Part shown: positions 18,227 to 27,806 of the stretch, one piece after another
Layout: each line of letters begins with the position of its first letter
How positions within the stretch are numbered: position 1 is the first letter of the stretch
DNA from: Sediminibacterium sp.
GTDB taxonomy: Bacteria > Bacteroidota > Bacteroidia > Chitinophagales > Chitinophagaceae
Direction: 5' to 3'
DNA length: 64,000 bases
NCBI GenBank assembly: GCA_016786865.1
Contig: JAEUVE010000018.1
Location: 124,947-188,946, forward strand
Program-made: the position numbers and the translations under genes
Notes under the pieces: model-generated
The model's database searches: none
Seen by the model: the letters and a program-made list of their open reading frames with translations, nothing else
What the model was told of the DNA's origin: nothing

Positions 18227-20689
18227 ATGAAGCAAATATTTTTTTTCATTTTCCTGTTCATAGCAGGAACTGCACAAGCCCAGCAAACTGCCTCCCGTGA
18301 GAAACCAAAGTTGGGGATTATTGTAGGTAACCTCGTTGAATACAGCTCGGGCAAGGCAGTTTCTTATGCCAGGGTCGATCTGTATCACCACAGTTCGGAT
18401 ACCGTGCTGGTATCTACGATTTCCGACAAAAACGGTGCATTTGAATTTAACGGGCTTGGGTTTGGTTATTTTTCCCTGGTAGCCAGATCAATGGGACTTG
18501 CAGATACCCGGCTAGACAGTATTTATCTCCGCGCCGACCGGTACGATTTTAATATCGGCGATCTTAAAATGAAGGAGTCCAGTAATGCACTGAACGAAGT
18601 GATTGTGTATTCGGAAAAACCCCTGATCGAAAATAAAGACGATAAGCTTACCTACAATGTAGGAGAGAGTGCGCTGAGCAGCGGTTCCAGTACTGCAGAA
18701 ATTCTGAAGAATATTCCCCTCATCAACAACGATCCCAATGGCAAGATTCTACTGAAGGGAAAGGAACCCAAGATCCTGATCGATGATAAGCCTACGGAGC
18801 TGAATGCGCAACAGTTGCAGGACTTACTGGAGAGCTTGCCGGGGAGCAGTATCGATAAAGTGGAAATCATGAGCAATCCTCCTCCCCAATATGCAACGGA
18901 AACAGGTGGGGTAATCAATATCATTACCAAAAAAGGGAAGATAGGCTGGGTAGGGAGAGTGAACCTCAGTGCCGGTACCCGGGGTGAAGGCAATTTTTCC
19001 ACCAATATCAGTTACCGGAATAAAAAGATTTCCCTGAACCAATCCATTGGAATGGGGGCTAGTAAAATCGGAGGACACAGCTACAGCAACCGGCAAAATT
19101 TTTACACAGATTCTTCCAATTATTTCAATACCACCGGTTCGTTCCTCAATAAGAATCTTCGCCCTAATCTGCGTACCCAGCTGGATTATGAAATGAATAA
19201 GAACAATCTGGCCGGCCTGGTATACCAGGGTAACCTGAATCTTTTCGATAACAAGAGCAACAACAGCTACACCAATCTGAACCGTTTTGGTGAAGTATAC
19301 AAAATCAGTACCCGCGACAACGAAAGCAAGGGTAATGGTTATACCCATGCACTGACCCTGTCTTATACATATAAGGGGAAGAAGAATCTGGCCGAAGTGT
19401 TACGGCTTATCTTGTCCGGCAATATCAGTAAAAACGACAACGACCGGGATTTCTTTCAGCAGTTTCTGAATCCCGGGTACATACCCACAGGTATTGATTC
19501 TGTGCAAACGCAGTATTTTAATTCCAAAAACCGTTCTGCCTCTGCAAGACTGGAGTATACCAAGCCGCTGCGGCTTAAGGGCAGCAGTTTTTCCGGAGGT
19601 GTTTCCTATCTGTTGTCGGACTATCACAATTACCTGAATACGGCTTTTCAGAGAAAGTCCGATGGGGTACTGGTGCCCAATGACCTGCTCAGTAACGATT
19701 TTTTCTTTGTGCAAAATATCTTCACGGCAAGGGGAGGATTCAGTTTCCTTTTTCCGGGCAATATCCGCCTTACCGCCGGTGCACAGGCAGAGCAAACCTC
19801 CATGTCTTTTGATTTTATCAAGGGCAATGTAAGCAATGTGAAAAATGAGTACTGGAACATTCTTCCCAACGCCACCCTACGCAAAGAGTTCGATAAAACA
19901 CTGAATACATCACTTGTATACAGAGCTACCATCCGCAGACCGGGCATCAATGAACTGAACCCCAATGTAGACTACGGCGACCCCTATAACCTTCGCTTTG
20001 GTAATCCCTTTCTCCTGCCATCACTATCGCATAATTTCGATTGGAACTTCAGCTGGATGAAGGGTAAATATTACATCAATACCTCTCTTGGATTTAATAA
20101 GGTCAAGAATGTATTCAACAATATCCGGACACTTGCAGATGGGGGTAAAACGCAGATTACCTGGCTCAATATCGCCGACAGAAATGAATACGAAGCAAGT
20201 GCATTCGGAGGATATACTTTTACCAGGGAATTCAGGATGAATGCAAGTGTGGGCTATACCTTTAACGAATACAGCGAAAGGGAAAAGCAATTGTACAACT
20301 ACAGAAACGGAGGCACTTTTTATACCAGTGTAAACTATACTTTCACACCCTCCAATGTCTGGAACTTTGAAGGATCTGCCCGCTACAACAGCTTCGCCAA
20401 TCCGCAGGGCAGAAGCAGAAGTAATATCAATCTGAACCTGGGTGTGCAGCGAAAATTCTTTGACAGGAGACTGATACTTGCATTCAATGTGGTAGATCCG
20501 TTCACGCCCCAACAGTATGTAACTGTAACCAACGGACAGCGGTTTACGGTGGAGAGTTTTAATGCTACCAGTACCCGTAACTACCGGCTTTCTGTGAGTT
20601 ATCAGCTGAACCGGCTGGTACAGAAGAGTAACCTGAACAACCGGGAAAAGGAACAGTTGCTAAAGAAACTGAAGACGCCCAAAACTTAA
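18227..20689 (+). CDS. Outer-membrane beta-barrel protein (TonB-dependent-receptor-like, with carboxypeptidase-regulatory-like and plug domains)
   Basis: Signal peptide; plug motifs L.NIP....D.NG.I.L.G, ILIDDKP, IDKVEIMSNPP.QY...GGVINIITKK; RPGINELNP...Y.DPYNLRFGNP.L.P barrel motif. Start taken at ATG 18227. Confidence 0.85.
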   Translation: MKQIFFFIFLFIAGTAQAQQTASREKPKLGIIVGNLVEYSSGKAVSYARVDLYHHSSDTVLVSTISDKNGAFEFNGLGFGYFSLVARSMGLADTRLDSIYLRADRYDFNIGDLKMKESSNALNEVIVYSEKPLIENKDDKLTYNVGESALSSGSSTAEILKNIPLINNDPNGKILLKGKEPKILIDDKPTELNAQQLQDLLESLPGSSIDKVEIMSNPPPQYATETGGVINIITKKGKIGWVGRVNLSAGTRGEGNFSTNISYRNKKISLNQSIGMGASKIGGHSYSNRQNFYTDSSNYFNTTGSFLNKNLRPNLRTQLDYEMNKNNLAGLVYQGNLNLFDNKSNNSYTNLNRFGEVYKISTRDNESKGNGYTHALTLSYTYKGKKNLAEVLRLILSGNISKNDNDRDFFQQFLNPGYIPTGIDSVQTQYFNSKNRSASARLEYTKPLRLKGSSFSGGVSYLLSDYHNYLNTAFQRKSDGVLVPNDLLSNDFFFVQNIFTARGGFSFLFPGNIRLTAGAQAEQTSMSFDFIKGNVSNVKNEYWNILPNATLRKEFDKTLNTSLVYRATIRRPGINELNPNVDYGDPYNLRFGNPFLLPSLSHNFDWNFSWMKGKYYINTSLGFNKVKNVFNNIRTLADGGKTQITWLNIADRNEYEASAFGGYTFTREFRMNASVGYTFNEYSEREKQLYNYRNGGTFYTSVNYTFTPSNVWNFEGSARYNSFANPQGRSRSNINLNLGVQRKFFDRRLILAFNVVDPFTPQQYVTVTNGQRFTVESFNATSTRNYRLSVSYQLNRLVQKSNLNNREKEQLLKKLKTPKT

Positions 20690-21198
20690 GAGGCCAGGTT
20701 GGGCAGTCTGGTTTTCAGCCAGCTGTTTTGAACGGGCACCAGCCAGTCGTTCATCAGCATTTTTTTAGTGGTGATCAGGTTGTTAAAATACAAGGTATCG
20801 GGCTTAATAAAGCCATTTTCCATCGCATAGCTGAGTTGGGTCAGTGGCAGGATTTCAACTTTGTCTTTTACAATAAAGCCAAGGCTTTGTCTGTCGAGAA
20901 GATTTACGTTGAACTTTTGTTCTATTTCTTTGATCATCCGGATCGACTTGTCTGCACTGGAGCCGCAGAGGCGGTCGGTGGAGTCGTCTGCCATCAGTAT
21001 AATGAACTGGCCAAAAAACAGGTTGGCATAACCCTTAATCAGCGACCCATGGCTTTCCCATCCGGCTATAAAGTCTTTCAGGATTTCCTCTATTTCAAAT
21101 GCTTCTCCAATGCTGAACATCCGGTTGCTCTGGTACACCCAAACCCTGGAGTTTTCGTGAAAGTCTGCCGGAATATGTTGCTGGTATTGTAAGTTCAT
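20686..21198 (-). CDS. Conserved Bacteroidota hypothetical protein (homologues often mis-annotated as ABC transporter ATPase)
   Basis: SRVWVYQSNR, W.SHG, FIILMADD, LLDR, YFNNLI..K..L...W..P...SWL; no Walker A motif. Start taken at ATG 21198. Confidence 0.75.
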   Translation of the reverse strand: MNLQYQQHIPADFHENSRVWVYQSNRMFSIGEAFEIEEILKDFIAGWESHGSLIKGYANLFFGQFIILMADDSTDRLCGSSADKSIRMIKEIEQKFNVNLLDRQSLGFIVKDKVEILPLTQLSYAMENGFIKPDTLYFNNLITTKKMLMNDWLVPVQNSWLKTRLPNLAS

Positions 21199-21208
21199 AG
21201 TTGTTGTT

Positions 21209-21988
21209 TTATTGCATACTTGCAGCAATCATTTCTGCCACATCTAATACAGCTACTTCGTTTTCTTTTTCCCTGTTTTTGATTCCGTCGGTCATCATGG
21301 TATTGCAGAACGGACAGGCTGATGCAATGAATCCTGCGCCTGTTTCCAGGGCTTCATCGGCTCTTTCGATGTTGATACGCTTGTTGCCGGGTTCATCTTC
21401 CTTGAACATTTGTGCGCCGCCGGCGCCGCAACACAATCCGTTGCTTCTGCAACGCTTCATTTCCACCAGTTCTGCATCGAGGGCTTCCAGCACTTTTCTA
21501 GGCGCCTCGTAAATATCGTTGGCCCTTCCCAGGTAACAGCTGTCGTGGTAGGAGATCTTTTTACCCTTGAATTCACCACCTTCCTTCAACTTAATTTTTC
21601 CTTCATCAATCAGCTGCTGCAATAAGGTGGTATGGTGTAATACTTCGTAGGTGCCACCCAGTTCGGGGTATTCGTTTTTGAGTGTATTGAAACAGTGCGG
21701 ACAAGTAGTTACGATTTTTTTGATACCATAGCCATTCAAAACCTGTATGTTCTGGTATGCCATCATCTGGAACAGGAACTCATTGCCAGCTCGGCGTGCG
21801 GGATCTCCTGTACAGGCTTCTTCCTTACCCAGTATGGCAAATTTCACGCCCACTTTGTCCAGAATGGTGGCAAATGCTCTGGTGATTTTTTGTGCGCGCT
21901 GGTCAAAACTGCCTGCACATCCAACCCAGAACAACACTTCGGGTGTTTCTCCGGCTGCCATCATTTCCGCCATTGTATTGATCTTCAT
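21209..21988 (-). CDS. CCG-domain Fe-S protein (HdrD/GlpC-like, C-terminal half of FadF/EtfD)
   Basis: WVGC, CTGDPARRAG, CPHC, YHDSCYLGR, CCGAGG, CPFC: two cysteine-rich CCG domains. Confidence 0.88.
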   Translation of the reverse strand: MKINTMAEMMAAGETPEVLFWVGCAGSFDQRAQKITRAFATILDKVGVKFAILGKEEACTGDPARRAGNEFLFQMMAYQNIQVLNGYGIKKIVTTCPHCFNTLKNEYPELGGTYEVLHHTTLLQQLIDEGKIKLKEGGEFKGKKISYHDSCYLGRANDIYEAPRKVLEALDAELVEMKRCRSNGLCCGAGGAQMFKEDEPGNKRINIERADEALETGAGFIASACPFCNTMMTDGIKNREKENEVAVLDVAEMIAASMQ

Positions 21989-22016
21989 AAATATGATTTA
22001 TAGTTTTTCAGATAAA

Positions 22017-23333
22017 TTAAGAGGCCATTTCGGTAGCCCATCTGTCGCGCTCATCCGGAGAAAACTTCCAGGGCGCAAAATTATTTTCAATATTGCTGAA
22101 TGTGCCGTTCCATTCCTGTGGTGCATTGCTCTCTTCCATAATCAGTGATCTGCGCAGTTCCATGATAATATCCAGCGGAGCAATGCTTACCGGACAGGCT
22201 TCCACGCAGGCATTGCAGGTAGTGCAGGCGCGCAGTTCTTCTACCGTAATGTAATCGTGTAGCAAGGATTTGCCATCGTCCTGGTAGGTTTTATTCAGGT
22301 TGATGTTTCTGCCCACGTCTTCCAGCCGGTCGCGGGTGGCCATCATGATTTTACGTGGACTCAGCAGTTTGCCGGTAAGGTTGGCCGGGCAGGAAGCTGT
22401 ACATCTGCCGCATTCAGTACAGCTGTATGCATCCAGCAGGTTTTTCCAGCTCAGATCAAATACATCTTTTGCACCAAAACTGGCCGGAGGAGCAGCATCT
22501 GCAGGCATTAGTTCCGGCTGCATAGCATAAAGTACTTCGTTTTGAACGGCGGGCATGTTTTTGAGCTTGCCCTGCGGCTCCAGCCGGGCATAGTATGCGT
22601 TGGGGAAAGCCAGTATAATATGCAGGTGCTTGGAATAGGGGAGGTAGTTTAAGAAAATAAAAATACCAATGATGTGCAGCCACCATGCACTGCGTTCGAT
22701 GCCAACCAGTGTTTCATCGGAAAATCCGTTGAAAAGCGGAGTAAGCATATCAGAGAAAAAGAATGCACCGGTAGTATGGTAGTGCTCCGCTCCGCGGCCC
22801 TGTAAAACCTGATCGGCAGCATTCATACAGAGAAACAGGCTCATCAGCACAATTTCAGTGAACAGGATATAATTGGCATCACTGCGAGGCCAGCCATTCA
22901 GGTCTTTGCTGATGAATCTTTTGAGTTTGATCAGGTTTCTGCGGATCAGGAAAATCACACAGACAACAATTACGCCTACAGCCAGTAATTCAAAAAAATT
23001 AATAAGCCAGGTATAGGCACTGCCTAAAACCGGCAGAAAAAGCCGGTGTGTACCCAGAATACCATCCAGTACAATTTCCAGTACTTCTATGTTGATGATG
23101 ATGAAACCAGCATAAACCACCAGGTGCAGTAAAGCCACCAGCGGGTTTTTAAACATTTTTTTCTGTCCCAGCGCCAGCAAAATCAAGTTGTTCCATCGTT
23201 TGCCGGGATCGTTGGAGAGATCTTCTTTCTTTCCAAGCAGGATGTTGCGCTTGATTTCTCCGGCTTTTCTGGCAAACAGAAAACTGCCGATTACAGCCAG
23301 AACCAGGAACCCGATTTGAGGTATATAATGCAT
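22017..23333 (-). CDS. Membrane-bound 2x[4Fe-4S] oxidoreductase (N-terminal half of FadF/EtfD)
   Basis: Several TM helices with His residues (LLHLVVY, WWLHII, SKHLHII); CTECGRCTASCP and CTTCNACVEACP ferredoxin motifs; NPWK-like NFAPWK. Confidence 0.88.
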   Translation of the reverse strand: MHYIPQIGFLVLAVIGSFLFARKAGEIKRNILLGKKEDLSNDPGKRWNNLILLALGQKKMFKNPLVALLHLVVYAGFIIINIEVLEIVLDGILGTHRLFLPVLGSAYTWLINFFELLAVGVIVVCVIFLIRRNLIKLKRFISKDLNGWPRSDANYILFTEIVLMSLFLCMNAADQVLQGRGAEHYHTTGAFFFSDMLTPLFNGFSDETLVGIERSAWWLHIIGIFIFLNYLPYSKHLHIILAFPNAYYARLEPQGKLKNMPAVQNEVLYAMQPELMPADAAPPASFGAKDVFDLSWKNLLDAYSCTECGRCTASCPANLTGKLLSPRKIMMATRDRLEDVGRNINLNKTYQDDGKSLLHDYITVEELRACTTCNACVEACPVSIAPLDIIMELRRSLIMEESNAPQEWNGTFSNIENNFAPWKFSPDERDRWATEMAS

Positions 23334-23431
23334 ACGAAACAGTTATACCGCTAAGATAGCAATTAAAGGCTTGCAGGAACCAATTGTTGATTGCATTTAT
23401 TGTTGTTATTTTTGGTCATTAAACCATCACG

Positions 23432-23932
23432 ATGTCCGAAAAAAGATATATTCTGACCGCAGCAGAGGCTGCCCAGAAATTACACCGCATGAGCCTGCAA
23501 CTGGCAGAAAATCTGAGTGGTAATAATGCGCCGGTAATACTCGTAGGTATCCGGAAAAACGGCGTGGTGCTGGCTGCCAAAATTGAAGCCCTGCTGAAAC
23601 AATATATTCACAATTCGCTCCAAACCATTTCGCTGCAGATGGACAAGCAGCATCCGGTTTCGGTTGAGTTGAGTGCACCGGTGGAGCTGAACGGGGCCAA
23701 TGTTGTTTTAATCGATGATGTGGCCAACAGCGGCAAAACCATGCTTTATGCGCTGAAACCCCTGCTGGAATATCATCCATATTCCATTCAGACCATGGTA
23801 CTGGTAGAGCGGATGCACAAGCTCTTTCCGGTGAATCCGGACTATGTTGGCTTGTCGCTGGCTACTACCAAGGAAGATCACATACAGGTAGAAACGGAGG
23901 GCGGAGAAGTGACCGGTGCATTTGTGCTTTGA
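23432..23932 (+). CDS. PyrR-like phosphoribosyltransferase
   Basis: ILVGIRKNG, VVLIDDVANSGKTM PRPP-binding motif, HK.FPV.PDYVG; TATTTTTG promoter box at 23407-23414. Confidence 0.8.
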   Translation: MSEKRYILTAAEAAQKLHRMSLQLAENLSGNNAPVILVGIRKNGVVLAAKIEALLKQYIHNSLQTISLQMDKQHPVSVELSAPVELNGANVVLIDDVANSGKTMLYALKPLLEYHPYSIQTMVLVERMHKLFPVNPDYVGLSLATTKEDHIQVETEGGEVTGAFVL

Positions 23933-23968
23933 TTGTTTTAACTTTAAGCTTCATCAATACCTTCTGCG

Positions 23969-24190
23969 ATGGAAAAGCTGATTCATGCCTTAAATGAGCG
24001 CATCCTCTCATTAACCATGCGCATCCGGGACAATTATCCCGAACTCATGAAATACATAGATGAAATGCCTGTAACGGTGCCCAACGAGCCCGATCCGCAT
24101 GTTCGCGCAAAACAGCTGCAGGCTTACTACGATTCATTAAAAAACATCCTCAACAAATATGCGCATGGGCATGGATGGGATTTAGAGTAA
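23969..24190 (+). CDS. Small conserved hypothetical protein
   Basis: 73 aa, LTM.IRDNYPELMKYIDEMPVT.P...LQAYYDSL; fills the gap between two + strand genes. Confidence 0.65.
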   Translation: MEKLIHALNERILSLTMRIRDNYPELMKYIDEMPVTVPNEPDPHVRAKQLQAYYDSLKNILNKYAHGHGWDLE

Positions 24191-24245
24191 TCCTGATGGT
24201 TATCTGAACTTTTATTGCTAAAATTGCCTACTAAAAAATTATAAT

Positions 24246-25973
24246 ATGGACGCTTCCATACAGGAAAGGATCAATGTTTGGGTGAATGGGAATTACGATG
24301 CAGACACCAGGAATACAATCGCCGATATGCAAAAGAACCATCCCGAAGAACTCGCGGATGCTTTTTACAGAAACCTGGAATTTGGTACAGGTGGCCTGCG
24401 CGGCCTGATGGGGGTGGGTACCAACAGAGTGAATAAGTATACCATTGGTATGGCCACACAGGGCTTTGCCAATTACCTGAAGAAAACATATACCGACGGA
24501 GATATTAAACTGGCCATTGCGCACGACAGCCGCAACAACAGCCGTTTTTTTGCAGAAACCACTGCAAATGTATTTGCCGCCAATGGCATTAAGGTGTTTT
24601 TGTTTGAATCGCTGCGGCCAACACCAGAACTGAGTTTTGCCATTCGTCATCTGGGATGCAAGGCAGGCGTGGTTTGTACTGCTTCACACAACCCCAGGGA
24701 ATACAATGGGTACAAAGCCTACTGGAATGATGGTGGACAGTTGGTACCACCACACGATAAAAATGTAATCACGGAAGTTGAAGCCATTCACAGTGTGGAT
24801 GAAGTAAAATGGACAGGGGGAGAAGCCAATATAACCCTGATTGGAAAAGAGCTGGACGATGCCTACCTGAATATGGTGAAGGAGCTCAGCGTTTATCCCG
24901 ATGTAATTGCGCAGCAACACGACCTTAAAATCGTGTATACACCTATTCACGGTACCGGCATTACCCTGGTACCTGAAGTATTGAAGCGTTTTGGATTTAC
25001 CAATGTAACCGTTGTGGAAGAACAGGCAACCCCCGATGGTAATTTTCCTACCGTGGCTTATCCCAATCCGGAAGAAAGTGAAACCATGAGCATTGGTTTG
25101 CAAAAGGCAAAAGCGCTGGATGCCGATATTTTACTGGGAACCGATCCGGATGCAGACCGGGTTGGCATTGGTGTGAAAAACCATAAAGGGGAGTGGGTGC
25201 TCATGAATGGAAACCAGACAGCTGTACTTGCTTTTGCCTATATGATCGAAGCCCGCAAAGCCAAAGGTATTGCCCGCCAAAACGATATGGTAATCACCAC
25301 TATTGTAACCACCGAAATGATCAATGAAGTGGCTCGCCAGAACAGCGTGGGTTGTTACAACGTGCTTACCGGTTTCAAATGGATTGCAGAAAAAATTAAG
25401 GAACTGGAAGGTCGTGAGAACTACATTATTGGTGGAGAAGAGAGCTTTGGACTGATGATCGGCGACCAGATTCGCGATAAAGATGCAGTTAGCGCCGTTG
25501 CCCTGATGTGCGAGATGGCAGCTTATGAAAAGGCCAAAGGCAGAAGCCTCTTCGATAAAATGATTGAGCTCTATGTTCAATATGGGTTTTACTACGAAAA
25601 CCTGATCAGTATTACCAAGAAGGGTATGAATGGTCAGAAGGAAATTGCAGCAATGATGGAAGGGTACCGGAATCAGCCGCCTTCAACCATCAATGGTTCA
25701 GCTGTGGTAACCCTGCTCGACTATGAATTGCAGATTGGTAAGAATCTCCAGACCGGCGAAACCTGGACCATTCAGCTGCCAAAGAGCAATGTACTGCAGT
25801 TCATTACTGCAGATGGCAGCAAGATATCTGCAAGGCCTTCCGGAACAGAGCCTAAAATCAAGTTTTACTTCAGTGTGCACACCACGCTGGCTTCCAAGGA
25901 TGAATTTGATACAAAACAACTGGAGTTGGAAAACAGGATTAAGGGAATCATCCGCGATATGCAGCTTGGATAA
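24246..25973 (+). CDS. pgm: Phosphoglucomutase / phospho-sugar mutase
   Basis: LEFGTGGLRG, TASHNP (phosphoserine loop), DPDADR metal loop, LTGFKWI, GGEESFG, DKDAV, RPSGTEPKIK. Confidence 0.9.
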   Translation: MDASIQERINVWVNGNYDADTRNTIADMQKNHPEELADAFYRNLEFGTGGLRGLMGVGTNRVNKYTIGMATQGFANYLKKTYTDGDIKLAIAHDSRNNSRFFAETTANVFAANGIKVFLFESLRPTPELSFAIRHLGCKAGVVCTASHNPREYNGYKAYWNDGGQLVPPHDKNVITEVEAIHSVDEVKWTGGEANITLIGKELDDAYLNMVKELSVYPDVIAQQHDLKIVYTPIHGTGITLVPEVLKRFGFTNVTVVEEQATPDGNFPTVAYPNPEESETMSIGLQKAKALDADILLGTDPDADRVGIGVKNHKGEWVLMNGNQTAVLAFAYMIEARKAKGIARQNDMVITTIVTTEMINEVARQNSVGCYNVLTGFKWIAEKIKELEGRENYIIGGEESFGLMIGDQIRDKDAVSAVALMCEMAAYEKAKGRSLFDKMIELYVQYGFYYENLISITKKGMNGQKEIAAMMEGYRNQPPSTINGSAVVTLLDYELQIGKNLQTGETWTIQLPKSNVLQFITADGSKISARPSGTEPKIKFYFSVHTTLASKDEFDTKQLELENRIKGIIRDMQLG

Positions 25974-26001
25974 ATAGGTGCATCTTCTGTATATTCGCGG
26001 C

Positions 26002-26673
26002 ATGCGACCAGACAGAGAATACAAGGATAGTTTTCAGCACAAGGGGATGAGAAAAAAGCTGATAGAATTGCTGCGTGAGAAAGGAATTACAGACGAAGCA
26101 GTACTGGAAGCCATGAACAATATTCCGCGCCATTTTTTTCTGGATTCGGCCTTCGATAAGATCGCTTATGAAGACCGGGCATTCCCCATTGCTGCGGATC
26201 AGACCATTTCCCAACCGTATACCGTGGCCTATCAAACACAGTTGTTGCAGGTTAAAAAAGGCGACCGGATTCTTGAAATTGGTACCGGTAGCATGTATCA
26301 AACTACTGTGCTGGCAGAAATGGGAGCGCAGGCTGTATTCACCATTGAGCGGCAGAAAAAACTCTTCGATGAGCAAAAAACCTATTATCATTTCCGCAGT
26401 AAATACCCCAATATTAAATTCTTCTATGGCGATGGCTTTGCCGGCCTGCCGACCTATGCGCCATTCGATAAAATTCTGATTACTGCTGCTGCGCCCTTTA
26501 TACCGCCCAAGCTGGTTGAACAGCTGAAGCCCGGTGGTTTTATGGTGCTGCCCGTAGATGAGGGCGATGGCCAGCGTATGCTGCGTATTACCAAAAAAGC
26601 GGATGGAACCATTGAAGAAGAAGCGTTTGAGCGATTTTCCTTTGTTCCTATGTTGACCGGAAAGAACGAATAG
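26002..26673 (+). CDS. pcm: Protein-L-isoaspartate O-methyltransferase
   Basis: PRHFF, AYEDRAFPI...QTISQP, LEIGTGS, GDGF.GLP.YAPFDKIL.TAA, QLKPGG. Start taken at ATG 26002 (ORF opens at GTG 25978). Confidence 0.95.
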   Translation: MRPDREYKDSFQHKGMRKKLIELLREKGITDEAVLEAMNNIPRHFFLDSAFDKIAYEDRAFPIAADQTISQPYTVAYQTQLLQVKKGDRILEIGTGSMYQTTVLAEMGAQAVFTIERQKKLFDEQKTYYHFRSKYPNIKFFYGDGFAGLPTYAPFDKILITAAAPFIPPKLVEQLKPGGFMVLPVDEGDGQRMLRITKKADGTIEEEAFERFSFVPMLTGKNE

Positions 26674-26750
26674 GGCTTTTTCAGATAATTTTAACGGAAC
26701 ATGCTGGTTAATAGTATTTTTTTGTACTAAATTAGATTCAAAATAATACT

Positions 26751-27260
26751 ATGTCTAAGCCGGCTAAAATAAAACCACTGAAAACCAAACCCGGAGGGAC
26801 TTCTTTGCGGGGTGGCGGTGTGTTGTCTATTGTAAGAGAGCCGGCATCGGGTTATGCAGCCAGCACAACCGCAAAGGTTCCCGGCGAAATGACCGGATTT
26901 GAGAAAATGGTTGTATTGGAAGGCGGGCTTTCCAAGAACGATCTTGTACAGCTCAAAGAGAAATCCGGATTAGGATATGATCAACTGGCCGATGTGCTTT
27001 CCGCAGCAAGAACTACTTTAATCAATAAGAAAGGAACAGCGCGCTTCAGCAGGGACCTCAGCGAGCGGATATTGAGCCTTGCAGATATCTATTCTTACGG
27101 ATATAAGGTATTTGAAGAAGTGGATGCATTCAACCAATGGATTGATACGCCCAATGCAGCGCTGGGCGGTAAAAAGCCTTTTGACCTGCTCAATAACCAG
27201 TTCGGAAGAGAAGAAATCAAAAGTCTGATCGGCCGCATCGAATACGGCGTTTATTCCTGA
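26751..27260 (+). CDS. Xre/MbcA/ParS-family antitoxin
   Basis: Central HTH-like region, SERIL, C-terminal W...PN.ALGG..P.DLL...GREEI...IGRIEYGVYS. Confidence 0.9.
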   Translation: MSKPAKIKPLKTKPGGTSLRGGGVLSIVREPASGYAASTTAKVPGEMTGFEKMVVLEGGLSKNDLVQLKEKSGLGYDQLADVLSAARTTLINKKGTARFSRDLSERILSLADIYSYGYKVFEEVDAFNQWIDTPNAALGGKKPFDLLNNQFGREEIKSLIGRIEYGVYS

Positions 27261-27269
27261 TTCCTTTTT

Positions 27270-27725
27270 ATGATTGTATATCGAGTATCCAAAAAGCAAT
27301 TTGCTGCAGATCTCACCGGGGAAGGGGCGCGGCTTTTTGGCGGCCGCTGGAATCATATACATACGGGCTGCCTGTACACATCCGCTTCAAGGGCGCTTGC
27401 ATTGCTCGAGTTTTCCGTGAATGTAAACAGGATGTTGGCACCTAAAAGCCTGAGTCTGGTGGCCATAGAAATTCCGGAGAAAAATATTCTGAAACTGCAA
27501 ATAACAGATCTTCCGGAAAACTGGCAGGATGTTCCCGTGCCAGGATCAACCAGGGATTATGGTACCGGATTGCTGCGTAAGGCCCAACACAGTGTTATTG
27601 CCATACCTTCTGTAGTTGTTCCGGAGGAATACAATTATCTGTTGAATCCATTGCATAAAGATCATGGAAAAATCCGCATTATGGCAATCAGTGAGCTCGG
27701 TTACGATGGAAGAATTAAAAACTAA
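27270..27725 (+). CDS. RES-domain toxin
   Basis: IVYR, GEGARLFGGRWN, LYTS.S.ALALLE, IPSVVVP.E.NYLLNP.H; starts 9 nt after the antitoxin. Confidence 0.92.
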   Translation: MIVYRVSKKQFAADLTGEGARLFGGRWNHIHTGCLYTSASRALALLEFSVNVNRMLAPKSLSLVAIEIPEKNILKLQITDLPENWQDVPVPGSTRDYGTGLLRKAQHSVIAIPSVVVPEEYNYLLNPLHKDHGKIRIMAISELGYDGRIKN

Positions 27726-27736
27726 CAGCAGTTGTA

Positions 27737-27773
27737 CAAAAATAAAGAGTGGCCGCTTTCGCAGACCACTCTT
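27737..27773 (-). terminator. Intrinsic (possibly bidirectional) terminator between convergent genes
   Basis: Minus strand AAGAGTGGTCTGC-GAAA-GCGGCCACTCTT followed by TATTTTTG. Confidence 0.75.
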
Positions 27774-27806
27774 CTCTTGAACTTACTCTAAAACTCAACA
27801 CAAAAA

